Assembly (NCBI GenBank): GCA_035084275.1
Contig: CM068755.1
Location: 11,284,001-11,348,000, forward strand
Length of the DNA: 64,000 nucleotides
Source of the DNA: Hydrolagus colliei
Taxonomy: Eukaryota
Reading direction: 5' to 3'
Shown piece by piece: positions 11,982 to 25,443 of the stretch (its first letter is position 1; every line of letters begins with the position of its first letter). The notes beneath the pieces are model-generated. The model was not told where the DNA came from. It searched no databases and saw nothing but the letters and a program-made list of their open reading frames with translations. The position numbers and the translations under genes are program-made.

Positions 11982-14689
11982 CAAATAACAGTACGTGAAA
12001 TTTTCTGGTTGGACGCGATCAACAAAAAAAGGAAGAGGGCAACATGTAGAGGTTGCTACAGCCCAAAGCAAGGAGAACAAGTTATTACTTTACAGGCTTA
12101 AAATATACACAAAGAATTATCACATTATGGTCAAGCTGTTCCTGGAGATTAGGGGTATGTGCTACAGATTGGCCTATGTCCACTGGTGTGGATCTATCAT
12201 AAAACTAGGTTTAAGTCCATCCAACTGCGTTGCATATAGGATTCCTTATAACCCGCAGGAAAGAAGGATGTTATCGCAATCGTCTGGGCTGCATTCAAAC
12301 TCAACCCTGAGAGGTGAAAGGACACTTTTAACTCATTATAACATTCAACCCACCGCTTGCCTTTATTAAAAACTGTAGAGCCAGGTTAGGCGGTTTCATG
12401 TCTCTAGGCTACACAGAGATGTTAAAAAGAAAGTATTTGTTAATCTTGTGTAGCATTTATTTCTTCAACCACAGAATGTGGGTCTGCTTAGTTGTTGCAT
12501 CAGGATGCAGATCCAGGTTATATGAAGAGTAGGGAGAGTTAGATGACATACTTTATATACCCAATAGTTTGTCACTATACAAAGGCTTCTTAAGTCTAAA
12601 CTAATCAATATGGGCTCTGTCAACACCTTTCATAAAATACATCGAGTTTTTTATAACATGTTAAGCAATTCAAATGTTTATAAACTTCTACGCATCAGGA
12701 GTACAACATTCATGGCATTTTATATTAATCCTTGCATTGTACACAACATATCATCATGTCGTCAAGACATCCCAGGATTTACTGTGAAGTGTAGTGACTG
12801 TGTACATGGCATGTTTCTGATCTGTTGTAGCTTGACATGTTCCTCACACACCTCAGTACAGTAACATGATTCAAACATTCTACATTCCTGAACACTTTTT
12901 ACAGCACTGTTCACATTTGTTACCCATTATCAACTGTTCTCAGTGTGAAGACAGCTCTCTGGTAGTTTCTGAAGGAGGTCAGGACTTTTAATCAGATTTT
13001 AACATGCAAATATTTTTGTTTTGCCTGGGTCACTCGTGAATTATATCTGTATAAACCACCGGCATGTTAATGCATTTTATTGTGGAACTAACTCCTCCAG
13101 TAAAAACGCACTCATTTTGTTTTAAAAGTTTTGCTTTCTTTTAAGCAATAATACAGATATATAAATAGAAATTCTTCAACTCGATTTTAATTTGCAAGCA
13201 GCCAATGAAATAAAAAAAAGTGGTAGAATTGGCGTTGGCAGAGTTTAATGAATAACATTTTGGATGCACTTTTCCACCCTGGTGGTAGTGAATAACAAGC
13301 TCAGTGGGATGGTCTTGTATATTCGATGCGAATGTCTGAATGAAATTGTTTTACTTAACATAAGTTCAATAGGTAGAGATCATATCATTTTCTGAGTGCC
13401 AAAGATCTCCATTTCCTGTTATTGGATTTACCATTATTTACTTGTAAGTAAACGAAGGGCAAAAAACACGGCTTTATTGCCAACTAATGGCTGATCCGAT
13501 CTCAGCTTTTCAGACCTGAAACCCAACGGTGTTAAACTAAAATAGGTGAACTTTGCCTAGATTTTAAATTGATTAGAAGACGATACATCACAAACAAACG
13601 GTGATCAATTAAAGCAGGGCCGAAAATTGACCACAACGGCGGTAATTATTGCCCAATCGAAAGTTACGTTTTGGTCAAGCACTCCTAACAGCAATGGATT
13701 GCTATGGAACAGTGCTTTGCAATTCACTGAATACACACTTATTACATAAACCCTAAAATTCAGTGTTCCAATAAACAGAGAGTAACAGATGCTCGTGAAG
13801 GAGTTATAAGACTGTAATTCAGTCAAGCGCTCTGACATTTTGAAACACGAGGAAGATCAAGCACTTCATAAATGTCTGCAGTGCTTCAAAATGGAATTGC
13901 GGCTGGTAACTTTCTCCATATTATTGGTTACTTAAGTGTTCTGACAATGCTGGCGTTGCTGATTTACTAAAGGTGAAGAGCCATTATCTACCCTGTAATA
14001 TAGTGGCTAAGCGCACAAGAAATCTCTGTAATTAGGAGTTGCAAATATTAATATTTTGTGTTATTTCTCATGAATAAAATACCAATTCAATACTTTCAGA
14101 TACACTGATACAGAACAAGAGGACACAGATTCAGGTTGCAAATGGCAATTTTAGGACAATCCACAGGAATTATTTGTTTATCCACTGGGTAATTAACTGG
14201 TATTGGTTACCAGGAAGAATGGTTGAGACTAGGACACTGGTTAAAGCAAGGACACTGGATGAGCAGTGGTAGCTGATGCAAACCCCCTTCCACCACCAAC
14301 AAAAGGTGCAACTGATATTCATATCACATTGGATCAGAGTTTATTAAGCTGCAGTTCATTAACTGCAAAATGCTGATAGAAAGTTATCAAGCTATTTGAT
14401 CTCACTTTCCACAATATCCATGCAGTTGTCCATCACAGATTCAAACTAATTCTTAAATGAATCCAATGTCCTGGCTTCAACCCGACATTTTGGTACCCTG
14501 CTCCAGTCTTGAGGTAAATACAGTGATTATTTAAGGAGGCTTCAATATTCAATAAAAAGACTTCATAAATATTTTACGACATCAGTTAAAATGGTGAAAA
14601 AGAGATACAGAATGTTTCATCATACCAGCTCTAAAAACAGTTTCGAACAATCGCTTGATAATCAGAAGTTTGGGATCCAAGCTGGAGTC

Positions 14690-15192
14690 AGAAGGGGAGA
14701 AGGGGAGGTGAGCTGGGGGAGGGAGAGTGGTCAAAGGCACCGTCGAAGAGGACAGTCAAGTCTTGTAGGTGGCTGAAAGCACCACCTGACAATGGTGAGG
14801 TGGGTTAAGCTGTCAGTGCCTGGGTTGAGGAGGCGCTGATGGGAGCCAAGCAGGAGGGCCTCGTTGACATGTCTTGTTGACATTCAAATGCAGGAAGTTA
14901 GCTCTCATCCACGACTTCACGTCCAATAGGTAGTCTGTGAGGACAGCAGTGATCCTGGGATTGAGGGCAGAGGCAGAAAGGTAGAGTTGAATGTATTACT
15001 CATACCTATCATCTGCATACATATGGAAGTTGACCCCATGTCTGTGGATGATGTTACTAAGGGGGAGCATATAGATATTGAAAAGGAGAGGGCCAAGGAC
15101 AGAGCCCTGAGAGATGCCATTAGTGACAGTGCAGGGGCTGGAGGAGAAGCCATGAGGGGCGACAAAGTGGAGACGATGGGAGAGGTAGGATT
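14690..15192 (-). mobile_element. Decayed, internally deleted L2 fragment (RT core plus 3' piece)
   Basis: Minus strand encodes GISQGSVLGPLLFNIYMLPLSNIIHRHGVNFHMYADD (about 15005-15120). 14690-14755 resembles the ORF end and 3'UTR of the 7.7-kb L2. Confidence 0.8.
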
Positions 15193-16829
15193 CAACCCAT
15201 TACTTGGAATCACAGAAAATTCATGCTCCTGGTGACTGTAATGTGAGAGTGGATTGTACAGCAGCGTATTAGGTTGTAGAATCACACAGTATTTCTCCAC
15301 TTCCTTTATACTTACAGTACCGAGCTATGTGATATTCTTCCTGCAATGCGAAGTGATTGATGCTCTATGTAATTGAAATAAAATGATTCATTAGTTAATT
15401 TTTTCTGTCACCATAATGTAAAGTGACTGCATTTAAGTTTTTGGAAAACCCAAATGATATCCCAAACCTCGTTAAGAACAGCCACATGAGTGAATTCATC
15501 TCTGGGGCTTTTGTCTTATGGCTCTCCGCATTTAAAATTTGATTGATTAGTTTGCTTTTTTTTAATAATGGGCTGAGAGTCTCAAACTTTAAGCCTCAGG
15601 CACCTTGTTTCTTTCTTAAAAACTAATATATTTTTCTTGGATTTGTGTATTCACATAGCTGTGCGATACAAACACTTCATAAACACTGTATGACTTCGGA
15701 GTTAAAATAGACATGGGCGAAAGAGGACCCCGCCTGTGGTCGAGTCAGTTTCAAACCGTTTCAGTGCACTTTGTTATTGGAGATTATATTTCACACACGA
15801 CACACGTTATGCTTTCGGAAGGAGGGTTTTTATAGATGCAATCTGATAACCGAGTTTTCTCGTGAACTGATCCAGACCAGACCAAACCATACAACATGCT
15901 GCTTTCCATTTGATTTAGTTTATACCTAGCTACAGTTTAACTGTCAACATGTTTGGTTTCCATGCACAAGGATGCATTATGCGATACATGAAATGGGTCA
16001 CTGAGCAATGTGTCCTAGGGTGTATCTGAACAAGTGCCTTAAAATTGGTAAATTAGGTACTGTATTAGATGCATGATAGCCGGACTGAAATGAATCAGAA
16101 ATTTCATGCTGCATTTATATTATAGAACGCTTCCATTCCAGAACAACACACACACACACACAAACAGCTGTATAAATGTAACCTGATAAATGTGGTTTGA
16201 AAGTTGTTTGAAAGTTGTGGTTAGCAACTTCTTTTTTCTAACTTTAACTATGGAGGGGGGAAAGTCTGCACAGGCCAGGATTGGAAAATCAGATCCGCAA
16301 TCTGAACAGACAGGCTGAGGCCAAGATAAATGATGGTTACCATTACGGTCAGCAATAAACATCCAAGCAGTCGTGCACCTCTGTTCAGAACGGTCGGCAA
16401 CTGGTTTAACTCCAAATAGAAGCTCATAAAGGGGAACCTGGAGCTCATTGGATTGAACTGGTCCAAACCCTGAAAGTAGCTAATTAATGCATTCCCCGAG
16501 AGAAACTGTCTCCAGTACTGTGGACTATCTATAAAATTATATTATCTATATAATAGATACATATAAAATTATATTAAGCAAGAAATTAGTTATCTAGATA
16601 CATTAGGACCACTCTGTTTAAAATGCTTTAATATACTGGAAACATTAGTACAGTACTGTACACTAAAAAATATTTGTTAGCCACTTGCAAATAAAGTTTC
16701 AGCAGAGCTAACGTTCTTTACACACACATTGACGTGAAGACAAAATCTTTACAATTTGTAATAATAATAATAATATTCATTCATTCAGTAATAAATGCAA
16801 TAATAGTTTCCTTCAATACAACACCTAGA

Positions 16830-17153
16830 AACCTCAAAATATCTCAAAGTGCCACACACAATTTTCTGCAAACTGAAGACTGAATTGCAAGCAATTTGCA
16901 CATGGCATTGACCACAGCCAGCCATAGTGTCAGGTCAACTTTATGTGGGGATTGTTGGCCAGGACACCGGAAGAATGTTCCTTTTCACTTTTGAACAGTG
17001 CCATGAGATCATTTAACATAAACCTGGGGCTTTGTTTTAACATCTCAACTGAAGGGTGGCAGTTCTGACAATGCAGCACATTCTCAGCACTAGGCCTTAA
17101 ACACACAACCTTCATATGCAGAGATGAGAATACTGCCAACAGAGTGAGGCAGC
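16830..17153 (-). mobile_element. Deu-domain SINE (SacSINE1/AmnSINE-like), near full length
   Basis: ttggccaggacaccggaagaa…cagtgccatgagatcatttaacat…tttaacatctcaactgaagggtggcagttctgacaatgcagcacattctcagcact…acaaccttc…gagaatactgccaacagag resembles the reverse complement of the Deu-SINE core plus tRNA-like head (recalled consensus, not aligned). Confidence 0.75.
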
Positions 17154-17413
17154 AGGTCTTAGATGCCTGATGACCTCTTAAGCACTGATAATTATCTGCA
17201 AACAGGAACACAAGGTGTTAAACACACTTAGTTTAGGTGTATTGCACAAGGACCAAGCCATGCCCAAGGGCCATGCTGTATCAGACACAATGATTGCAAA
17301 TTGACGGATCCCGCCATTGCCCACTGTCTCCAAGTGTCACTTTATTCAATTTGCTCCCAATATCGGTGGTGTCATCATCAGTGATAAATTATTGCACAAA
17401 TATTACTAATCCT

Positions 17414-17880
17414 GGAGTCCTTTAGGTCAGTGGTTAAGAGCACTCGCTTTGCAAGCAGGAGACCTAAGTTCAATTCCCAGCCAGGGCAAAACCTTTGAGC
17501 AAGTTTGCTTACTGCACACACCTTACAATAATCCCTCAAGAAAAAAACAATAACAACATCGGTCACTTCAATCCAGGATTGTTTCGCCCACAAATATACA
17601 GTCAATTTTCCTACTCTTCTTCATCCTGCCCCGACCCCTCCCCCCTGCTGTTGTCCCTACCTAACTGTACAGCGCCTTGGGACGTCCTCTCGAAGTGAAA
17701 AGCGCTATATAAATAAGTTTTGATTGATTTGATTGCTTGGGACATTGTTGTGCACAACTGGCTGCCGTGTTTCTCCCACAAAATATAGTCAATTCAGCTT
17801 ACGGTATACCTTTGAAGCACTTTCAAACACCTCAGGACGTGATAAGGCTCCATATCAAATACAAGGATTATAATTATTAT
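17414..17880 (+). mobile_element. Composite: tRNA-SINE 5' part (17414-17607), L2 3' end (17608-17735), older SINE 3' half (17736-17880)
   Basis: Head ggtcagtggttaagagcactcgctttgcaagcaggagacctaagttcaattccc; L2 hairpin cagcgccttgggacgtcctctcgaagtgaaaagcgct with (TTGA)n-like tail; SINE tail ending aggattataattattat. Confidence 0.85.
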
Positions 17881-18122
17881 CGACCATAGATTGTTTAAGC
17901 CATTTATCAAAGCACTCTGGATAAAGACAGAATGAGCCCAAAGCTATTCCCGTGAGGCGCCCGACCAGCCAACAATACAGTAATAACAGAACAGGTTTAG
18001 TAACAATAATTGCTGAAGTCATTTCCTTTAGCTTGCTATTGTTTGCATACTGCACCAAGTCTCAGGCCATTCGAGCAGTCAGGTTAGTGGGGAGCTGCAG
18101 CTACTACGTTGGATGCGGTCTT

Positions 18123-18418
18123 ATAATAATAATAAATCTTTGCGTTTGATATAGCGCTTTTCACATCTTCTAGATGTCTCAAAGCGTTTCACAGAATATA
18201 CTGTAAAGTGAATTGACTGTATATTTGCAGGCTAAATGCAGCAGCCAATTGCACACAGCAGTGTCCCACGAATATTTGTGGATTAAAATAACCAATTTAT
18301 TATTGTTCTTTTTTTGAGGGATTACTATTAGGTCTGTGGAGTAAGGAAACTTGACCAAGGCTTCGTCCTGCCTGGATTCAAACACGGGTCTCATGCTTGT
18401 AAGGCAGGTGCTGTAAAC
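18123..18418 (-). mobile_element. tRNA-derived SINE with L2-type tail, near full length
   Basis: Reverse complement of the same SINE family, with (ATT)n tail and a B-box-like GTTTGAATCC at about 18374-18383. Confidence 0.9.
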
Positions 18419-18426
18419 AGGATTCG

Positions 18427-18678
18427 TAGCGTTAAATCACCTCCTTCCATTTCTCTGGAGTGGATAAAGCCAAAGCTCCATTTATGCACTCACAAAAGCC
18501 CCCACCCTACTCCCCAAATACTGGTGAGAATTGCATGCCGAGTTCATCCTGCATGTCCGCTGACAGATTGCAGCAATTTTCTGCTACTGTGTAAAAGGGT
18601 CTCGGGCAGAGAGTCTCAAGCAATCTGAAGGTGCCTGGAGGAGGTTATTTTCAGGAGCGAGGAGGTGATTTAACGCTA
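18427..18678. mobile_element. Candidate MITE / non-autonomous DNA transposon
   Basis: Perfect 19-bp inverted repeats tagcgttaaatcacctcct (18427-18445) and aggaggtgatttaacgcta (18660-18678), with no coding capacity between them. Confidence 0.5.
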
Positions 18679-21600
18679 GAAAGCAGGCACTGCTTTTATT
18701 TCTGTCCTCCTTTTTGAAAGTGATGCAGGGCAGCCAGCGCAGACTTTGCCTCACACTGCTCCACTTCTGACTTCACTCCCAGCAGCATAAATGCAGCATT
18801 AATGATTGAAAAAGCTGATTGGATATGATGTCAGCATGATACTGCCAACTATCCTTTTGGCACATTATGGTACTGAAGATCTTGGCTCATTGCCAACACC
18901 AAACATGCACGATACAGTAACTAGATACAGGGTGACTGTTTTACATTTTTTTTGGAAAAAATCAAAGATAAAGATAGTAGATATTTGACTTTTTAAAAAA
19001 CTGTTTGGATCATTGTTGGCAAAAATGATAGTTGGCGTTGTTGTGGTGACCTTATCCCTAGGAAGATGACTTTTTTCTAGTTTAAAAATACAAAACATAA
19101 AAAAAATTAATGATGGAAATTAATTTTTGGAAGAAATTGGAAAATCCAATGAATAGCAATTTTTTTTAATTTAAAAAGATTAAAAAGCCAAAGCTTCAAA
19201 CAATATTAATGACAAGAAAGATCTGGGAAAACTACGAATCTAATAATGGATTCACACTCACATTTTCATTTCCAATGTTCATTTATCTATTTACTTTTTC
19301 AAACTGTTCTGGAAGTCAATTATTCCACACAAAATCCCAACATTTAACAAGCCCAGTATGATTACCGAGTTCAATTCAAGGTATCTCGGAGACACCAAAT
19401 TTAGGACTATTTTAATTCCCAGATCACATTTGAAGACCCTGCACCATGCACAATATGTTATTTATTAAAAAATGTTGTCTGAACATAGAAGTGTTAATGT
19501 TGTTGAATATACAGTAACTTCCTGCGTAAACCCTAAACTGAGAGGTATTTCCAAAATGCTTCCCACAAACCACAGCCAATTTTATGATTGTGGGAGGTAT
19601 TTGCATCCTGTTGGTAAAATTCACACCTAAATAACACGAGGAAATTGTGGAGTTTCAGGAACAATTACTTTGTATCCTTTTACATAAAAACTGCAAGTTT
19701 CTTCTCAGTACTACATGCAGCAAACAGCTGTTAAGTGAAAATATTGCTTTAAGAAAACAGCAATTAAGGAACTTAATTGATGCTGCAAACCAATTAACGC
19801 CAAAAACCGTGTAGAGGCTTACTGAAGATGGGGGCATTTAATCATAGTTCATTGTGACTGTGCTTTGAGAAGTTTGGGTAAAAAAAATGCAAAAAAAAGT
19901 GACTCCAGTTGCCATTGTATTATCTAAGGAACAATAAGTTCAAGTGCTCTGGGATGCTACCCCATGTTATATATATAAATGCAATTTGTTTTTGTCAATG
20001 TCCTTTGGAGAGGCTAAACAGGCTCAGGTGGATTCACCAATCCTGACATTCCTCATGCCGATACATGCACAGCTGTGCAAGATAGGCTGCTCACAGATCA
20101 GAACAGTCTAAATGAAAATTAATGGGCGTCAAGTGTTATATAGAAAATGTACACAAGGTGATCAAAAACCTTTTACCTCCTGCACAATGTCTCCCGATGT
20201 CCAATATATTACCGGTAACATCATCAATGGCAGCCTATTATGAGCACCAACATGCCATACAGATTACACAGGCAGAACCCTGCTCATCCAAACCAGTATT
20301 AATTATTCAGTCCATCTGCAGTGCGAATGCGAGAGTATCGGACGTGTAATTCTAATGCAACCGTGCAATACTTTGGAACTGGATGTTTTCATAGTTAATG
20401 GAAAATTCCCAGTTGGCCAATGACGTACATTTTTTTGCTGCTAGAAATTTGGTCAGCAAATATTTAATTTCAGCAAATCTCACTGTATATCTTGGCAATG
20501 CTAATGGACAAAAACATCTGCTTGACAGGTCAGTGTATAATTGGCCTCATAGTGGATTTGTGGAAAGACATCACATTTATAGTTGTGCAATTGATTGACA
20601 GGCCATATTCATGAAGATTTAATGTACCTCAACTGCATAAAACATATTGTTTCAGGGTTATATAATGTATTGTGGTGGGAACTGAGACACTGTGTGAAAA
20701 TATATTCATGTTGTTACATTACAGATAGGCACAGGAATACAGATAACTGTATTGCAGTGAAAATAATCATATTTGATTAGAGCACCTAAACATCAAACAT
20801 CTCAAAGTTTCTGTGAAGTGTAGTGGCTGTGTATTTCAGGTAAATGCATCAGAAAATGCAGTATTTGAAGTGCGCAATATTTTGTTTTGAAATCAGACTT
20901 AGTATCATTATTACTGTACAAATGTATGTGAAAAAAATTCTAGTGTTTTGAAAAGTTGAGTTGTAACATTGACATAAAACTTAATTTATGAATGGGCTGG
21001 GTGGGGGGAGACAAGTGAGTTGTTACCTTATCCTTTAACATCGGGAAAACAAGCAAGATGACAGACAGAACTCTTTTAATTAATTCAACACAAACACCCC
21101 TGGTCCAATAAAATTAACATTCATTTAAAATAAATTCATATTATTTTAATAAAGTTGGTTACTTACAGAAACAATTAACTGGCATAACATTGTCTACCTT
21201 ATGACAATTTCAAAATACATTATGTATGTTCTTGCATCCTGAAGGCCAACAATCGCTTTCTCCGTTGACTTGTCTGTAAGGTATCTTATGTTAACAGAGT
21301 ACAAAAGAATGCCCAAAGGTTTCCTGCAGGCTATAAAAACTATTTATTGTACAGTAACGCATGTTATATATTCAAAATGTATTTGTAAACAATGCTTGTG
21401 CTTTAACTAGCCTATTAAGAGTGATAACTCTTCAACAATTAACTCAGCATCAACACATTGAGCATAGGTTGCCTGCATTGAATCCCACATAACGATTTTC
21501 TTTTGATAAAAAACAATACATTTTCTTCATATTCTAGAAAATACATCCAAGAAATATTTTATTGATCATAATTGACCGTTTCCATTAGCAAATCAAAATT

Positions 21601-24249
21601 AAGCTTTATTAAACATTGTTGAGATTACTAATAACAAATTGTCAGTGCTTGCATCTGTACATCAATTACACAGCAATAACCAGCGCAACTTATTTTAAAC
21701 TGGTTGCATCTAAAATTGATTTAATTTCCCTTCTCTTCCCCTCCCCCACCCTTCCATTGTCCTGCAAACTATTGTGTGTTTAAGGTGTATGCACAAGTCT
21801 CCTGGACAGGTTGATGGATCTATGCAAATTACATTTGTATAGCACCTTTCACATTATCAGAAGTTACCATTCCACAAGTGTCCAAGCATCACTGGTGGTT
21901 GAATGCTTGACTGCCAACCCGAAACGCACTTATTTCAGTTCTCTCACATGCAATCATCTAAAGTTCTTATCCGAGTTGGGTGCCTTTTTACCAATTCTGA
22001 GCCAAGCCATTAAATTGTACCATTGTGCAACAGCAATGGTGGCAGAAGAAAATGTGCAAACCCGACCCTTCAACTTATGCATCTTTTGTTGTTCAATGAA
22101 AAGAGAAAACTGACAAATCTCTAGAGAAGTACAGCTTGGGTCTGCCTCTGTGTCGCTGCTAGAGTAATAAACAGGCCATCATAGGGCACGTAAAAACATT
22201 TCTAAAATATAATTCAGAGCCTTATGCATGATTAAACAGGACAAAGCACTGTCTTTGTTTCCTCCTCCAACTAGCATGTGACTTCCACTAGCAAACATAG
22301 CATTCATGATGAACCCTATGGGCTTTTTTAAAAAAAAGAGTAGTTCTATCCTCTTCACAGACTCTTGGATCACTTGCAAAACCATATACTTTGGCTGCAT
22401 TAAAAAGGCATACTAATGTGGAGAGCATCAATCAGTGCTGTATTGTGGATAACCAGTAGGGGGAACTTCACTGGTGAAATCCTGCCAATTTATTTCCTTG
22501 TTAATATTTAGGTACCTTGCCTTTGCTCTGTGCTTGGGCAAATTATCTGGCAAAGACCGATGATACACCGTGTGTAAGATGGCTCAGTGTGAACTTCAAT
22601 TGATGCTGGGATTTGCAAGTCCCTGGGATCAGTGTCACTGTGACATTTAAATTTAGTTATTACATAATTAAATTTAGTTATTGCCACACTTACATTTATC
22701 AGCATTTTCTACACAATTCGTATGGTGGCATTTTAATTAAGCTTAACAGAGGATCACTATGAGACAACAGCTTCTCACTGCCGCAGGATCACCATTGTTG
22801 ACACGGAAAACAGTGTCTTGTGCAGCTTTGGAACTTTTAAATACTGTATATGTTTACATGTGATCTCTCCAGCTACAGTCAGCAGCTGGCTTTGGCCAAG
22901 TGGGCTAAGCCAAAATCTAAAACTGGGTCATGGAAGAAAAATGCAGAGGCATTAAGCCACTGAACTAATGATATGTGAGCCAGGAGATACTGTACTTCTG
23001 TTACAGTACAAGACTACTGCCAATTGAGAAAAATAAATTGGCAGCAAGTTAAGCTAGACAGCAACCGAGATCATCAATAAACAGAATAGCATGGCTCAGC
23101 TTTTCGTTTTAAAGAAAACCCTAGTTACGACATTGTCGTTGTGGTTTCAAATCATTCAGTGGGTGAATGAACGGATAGCTACATGTGTGTACATTACCCC
23201 CAAAAACTAGTCACCTCTTGTATCTTTAGAAATGGGTGACAACAATATCAGATACAATTCAGCAATTTGCCAATCTGGCAAACAAATTTACCATAAACTA
23301 TGTAGTAGATTAATTGAAAAGCTTTTTTTCCCTACTAGTCGATATAGACTTTTTCACTTATGCTCTATATTTTTCAAACTATACAAATCAATATTTTTTC
23401 TTAAATCACATGTACGGCATTATGTGCAGTAACGAGATTGTGGTTACAAAAATTAAGATTGCAGGATTGGCTATAAATAGCTGGTATTTAAACATGTGCA
23501 AGCAATCGAGTCTATATTGAAACCATCAGTTTTTTTCCATACCATATAAAATATAATAAATAGGACTATTCTCTGAAGCCCAATGGCACAATACATTGGA
23601 TGTAAAAATTCCTTGCAACAGTTCAAAGAATCAGTTTGTACCTACAACTCAAGTCAGAAGGCAGGAATATAAATCAGTGGGTGTCAATTCAGGTCAATAT
23701 CCCACACACACTTGTTAACAGAGCTACCTAGGAACAAGTCTTGTACATGTCCTAATAGGACTCCACAAGGTCAAATGAAGACTCAACAAAGGGGAATCTG
23801 AAACAGCTTTTTTTTCCAAAACGAGATAACACCAAAAAACTTTTCTTACTAGATACAATAAAACACACTGCAGCAAGGCATGTAGTCTGCACAGCTGCAA
23901 TGTTATGCATGTTATTAGGGAGAGGTGTATTGTTCAACAAGGACAGAAGGCGTTTGCGTGCTGAAAAATAGAATCCCATAGCTGATCTGCCACACAAGAC
24001 ACAAAATAACAATGTCCAGCCCTAAAGGTTCAATGAAGAGAACATTCGGTTCATTTTCATCTTTGGTTGTAACATGTTAATTCAGTATATGACACCATGT
24101 ACAGCAAATTTAAGGAGATAGCATCATTTCTGGCCTTGGCTGTAACTCAAAATATATATATTTTTAAAAGATTCACAGTATAAACAAATAACCCCCACCT
24201 TCTCAAAGAGATTACTAGTAGTTAACAAAATACACTGTCAGTACATCAG

Positions 24250-24311
24250 TTGAAGTGCTTTGAGAACCTCCTCCCAACGTGAAAAGCTCTATATCAAATG
24301 TAAGGATTATT
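24250..24311 (+). mobile_element. Short SINE/L2 3' tail
   Basis: gaagtgctttgagaacctcctcccaacgtgaaaagctctatatcaaatgtaaggattatt. Confidence 0.7.
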
Positions 24312-25133
24312 TTTTTAAAATTTAATTCCTAAAAGCAAATAGAATTTTGCATAGGAAAACTTAAGATTTTTTAAATCAGGAATTAACTAGTTATATTTAC
24401 AATCAATCTCTCAACAGATGCATGAAATCAATCTGCTTGTCGAGCACCTAGGATACTGTTAAAAATGGAACAAAACGTGCCTTATGGCATAACCTGTATA
24501 AAAATCTATAAGCAAAGCATTTTTTCAGTGCTAGCGTTTTTTTTTGCTATTCCCCCCACACACACTTTCAATTGGAAATGAGAAATGCGTTAGAAGTGCA
24601 GTTACACTTGATTAATTTGTTTACATTTAAATAAGTGTGTGGGGGGTGGGGGAGCGTGTGGGGGGTGGGGGAAGAAACAGAAAAAACAAAAACATACTCA
24701 AGAAAACTGAATAGCATATCACAAATGTATACCTGGTGGGAAAATAGAATTCTATGCATTTAAAACTGACCAGATTACTGTGGGAGGTTTTGGCCAGTTG
24801 TATATAAAATGCTTTGGTTTGAGTGATCAGAAGGTATTTACATAATGACTATTGTGTTTAGGTTGGACTCTTAGAAGTGTGAATATCAATCAATAATGCA
24901 AGAGGGAAAAGTTGCAACAGCTGGTATTTTTTCAACTATGTACACCACAATGGTATGTGGATTTTCGTCCAGCAAAATTTGCATGTTAGTAAAGAGCCAG
25001 GTATGTGGCAATCTGAACCAGGACTGAATGTGACAACAAAGTGAGCCTTTGATCTATTTGATTAAAGGTAACAAATTTTGGAGATCCTTCCTCACCACTT
25101 GGGCGTTTTAGAAAACAAACCAGTTATTTATAA

Positions 25134-25443
25134 GCTCAGTGCTTAAGAGCGCTCGCTGCACAAGCAAGAAACCTGGGTTCGATTCCTGGCAGGTCAGAGC
25201 GAAATCTTGGGCAAGTTTCCTTACTCCACACGCCTATGGAGTAATAAGAATCTCAAGAAAAAAAGATAATAAATTGGTCCCTTGAATCCACGACTGCTAA
25301 GGGGACACTGCTGTGCACAATTGGCTGCCCCGTTTCGCCCACAAATATACAGTCAATTCACTTTACAGTATATTCTGTGAAGCACTTTGAAACGCCTAGA
25401 AGATGTGAAAAGTGCTATATCAAATGCAAGGATTATTATTATT
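25134..25443 (+). mobile_element. tRNA-derived SINE with L2-type tail
   Basis: A-box-like gctcagtgc, B box GGTTCGATTCC at 25176-25186, family body, 3' hairpin and (ATT)n tail. Confidence 0.92.

Noticed and set aside
22647-22682. Short direct duplication ttaaatttagttatt x2 (similar case at about 16530-16575)
   Set aside because: Ordinary local slippage in AT-rich DNA, with only two units.
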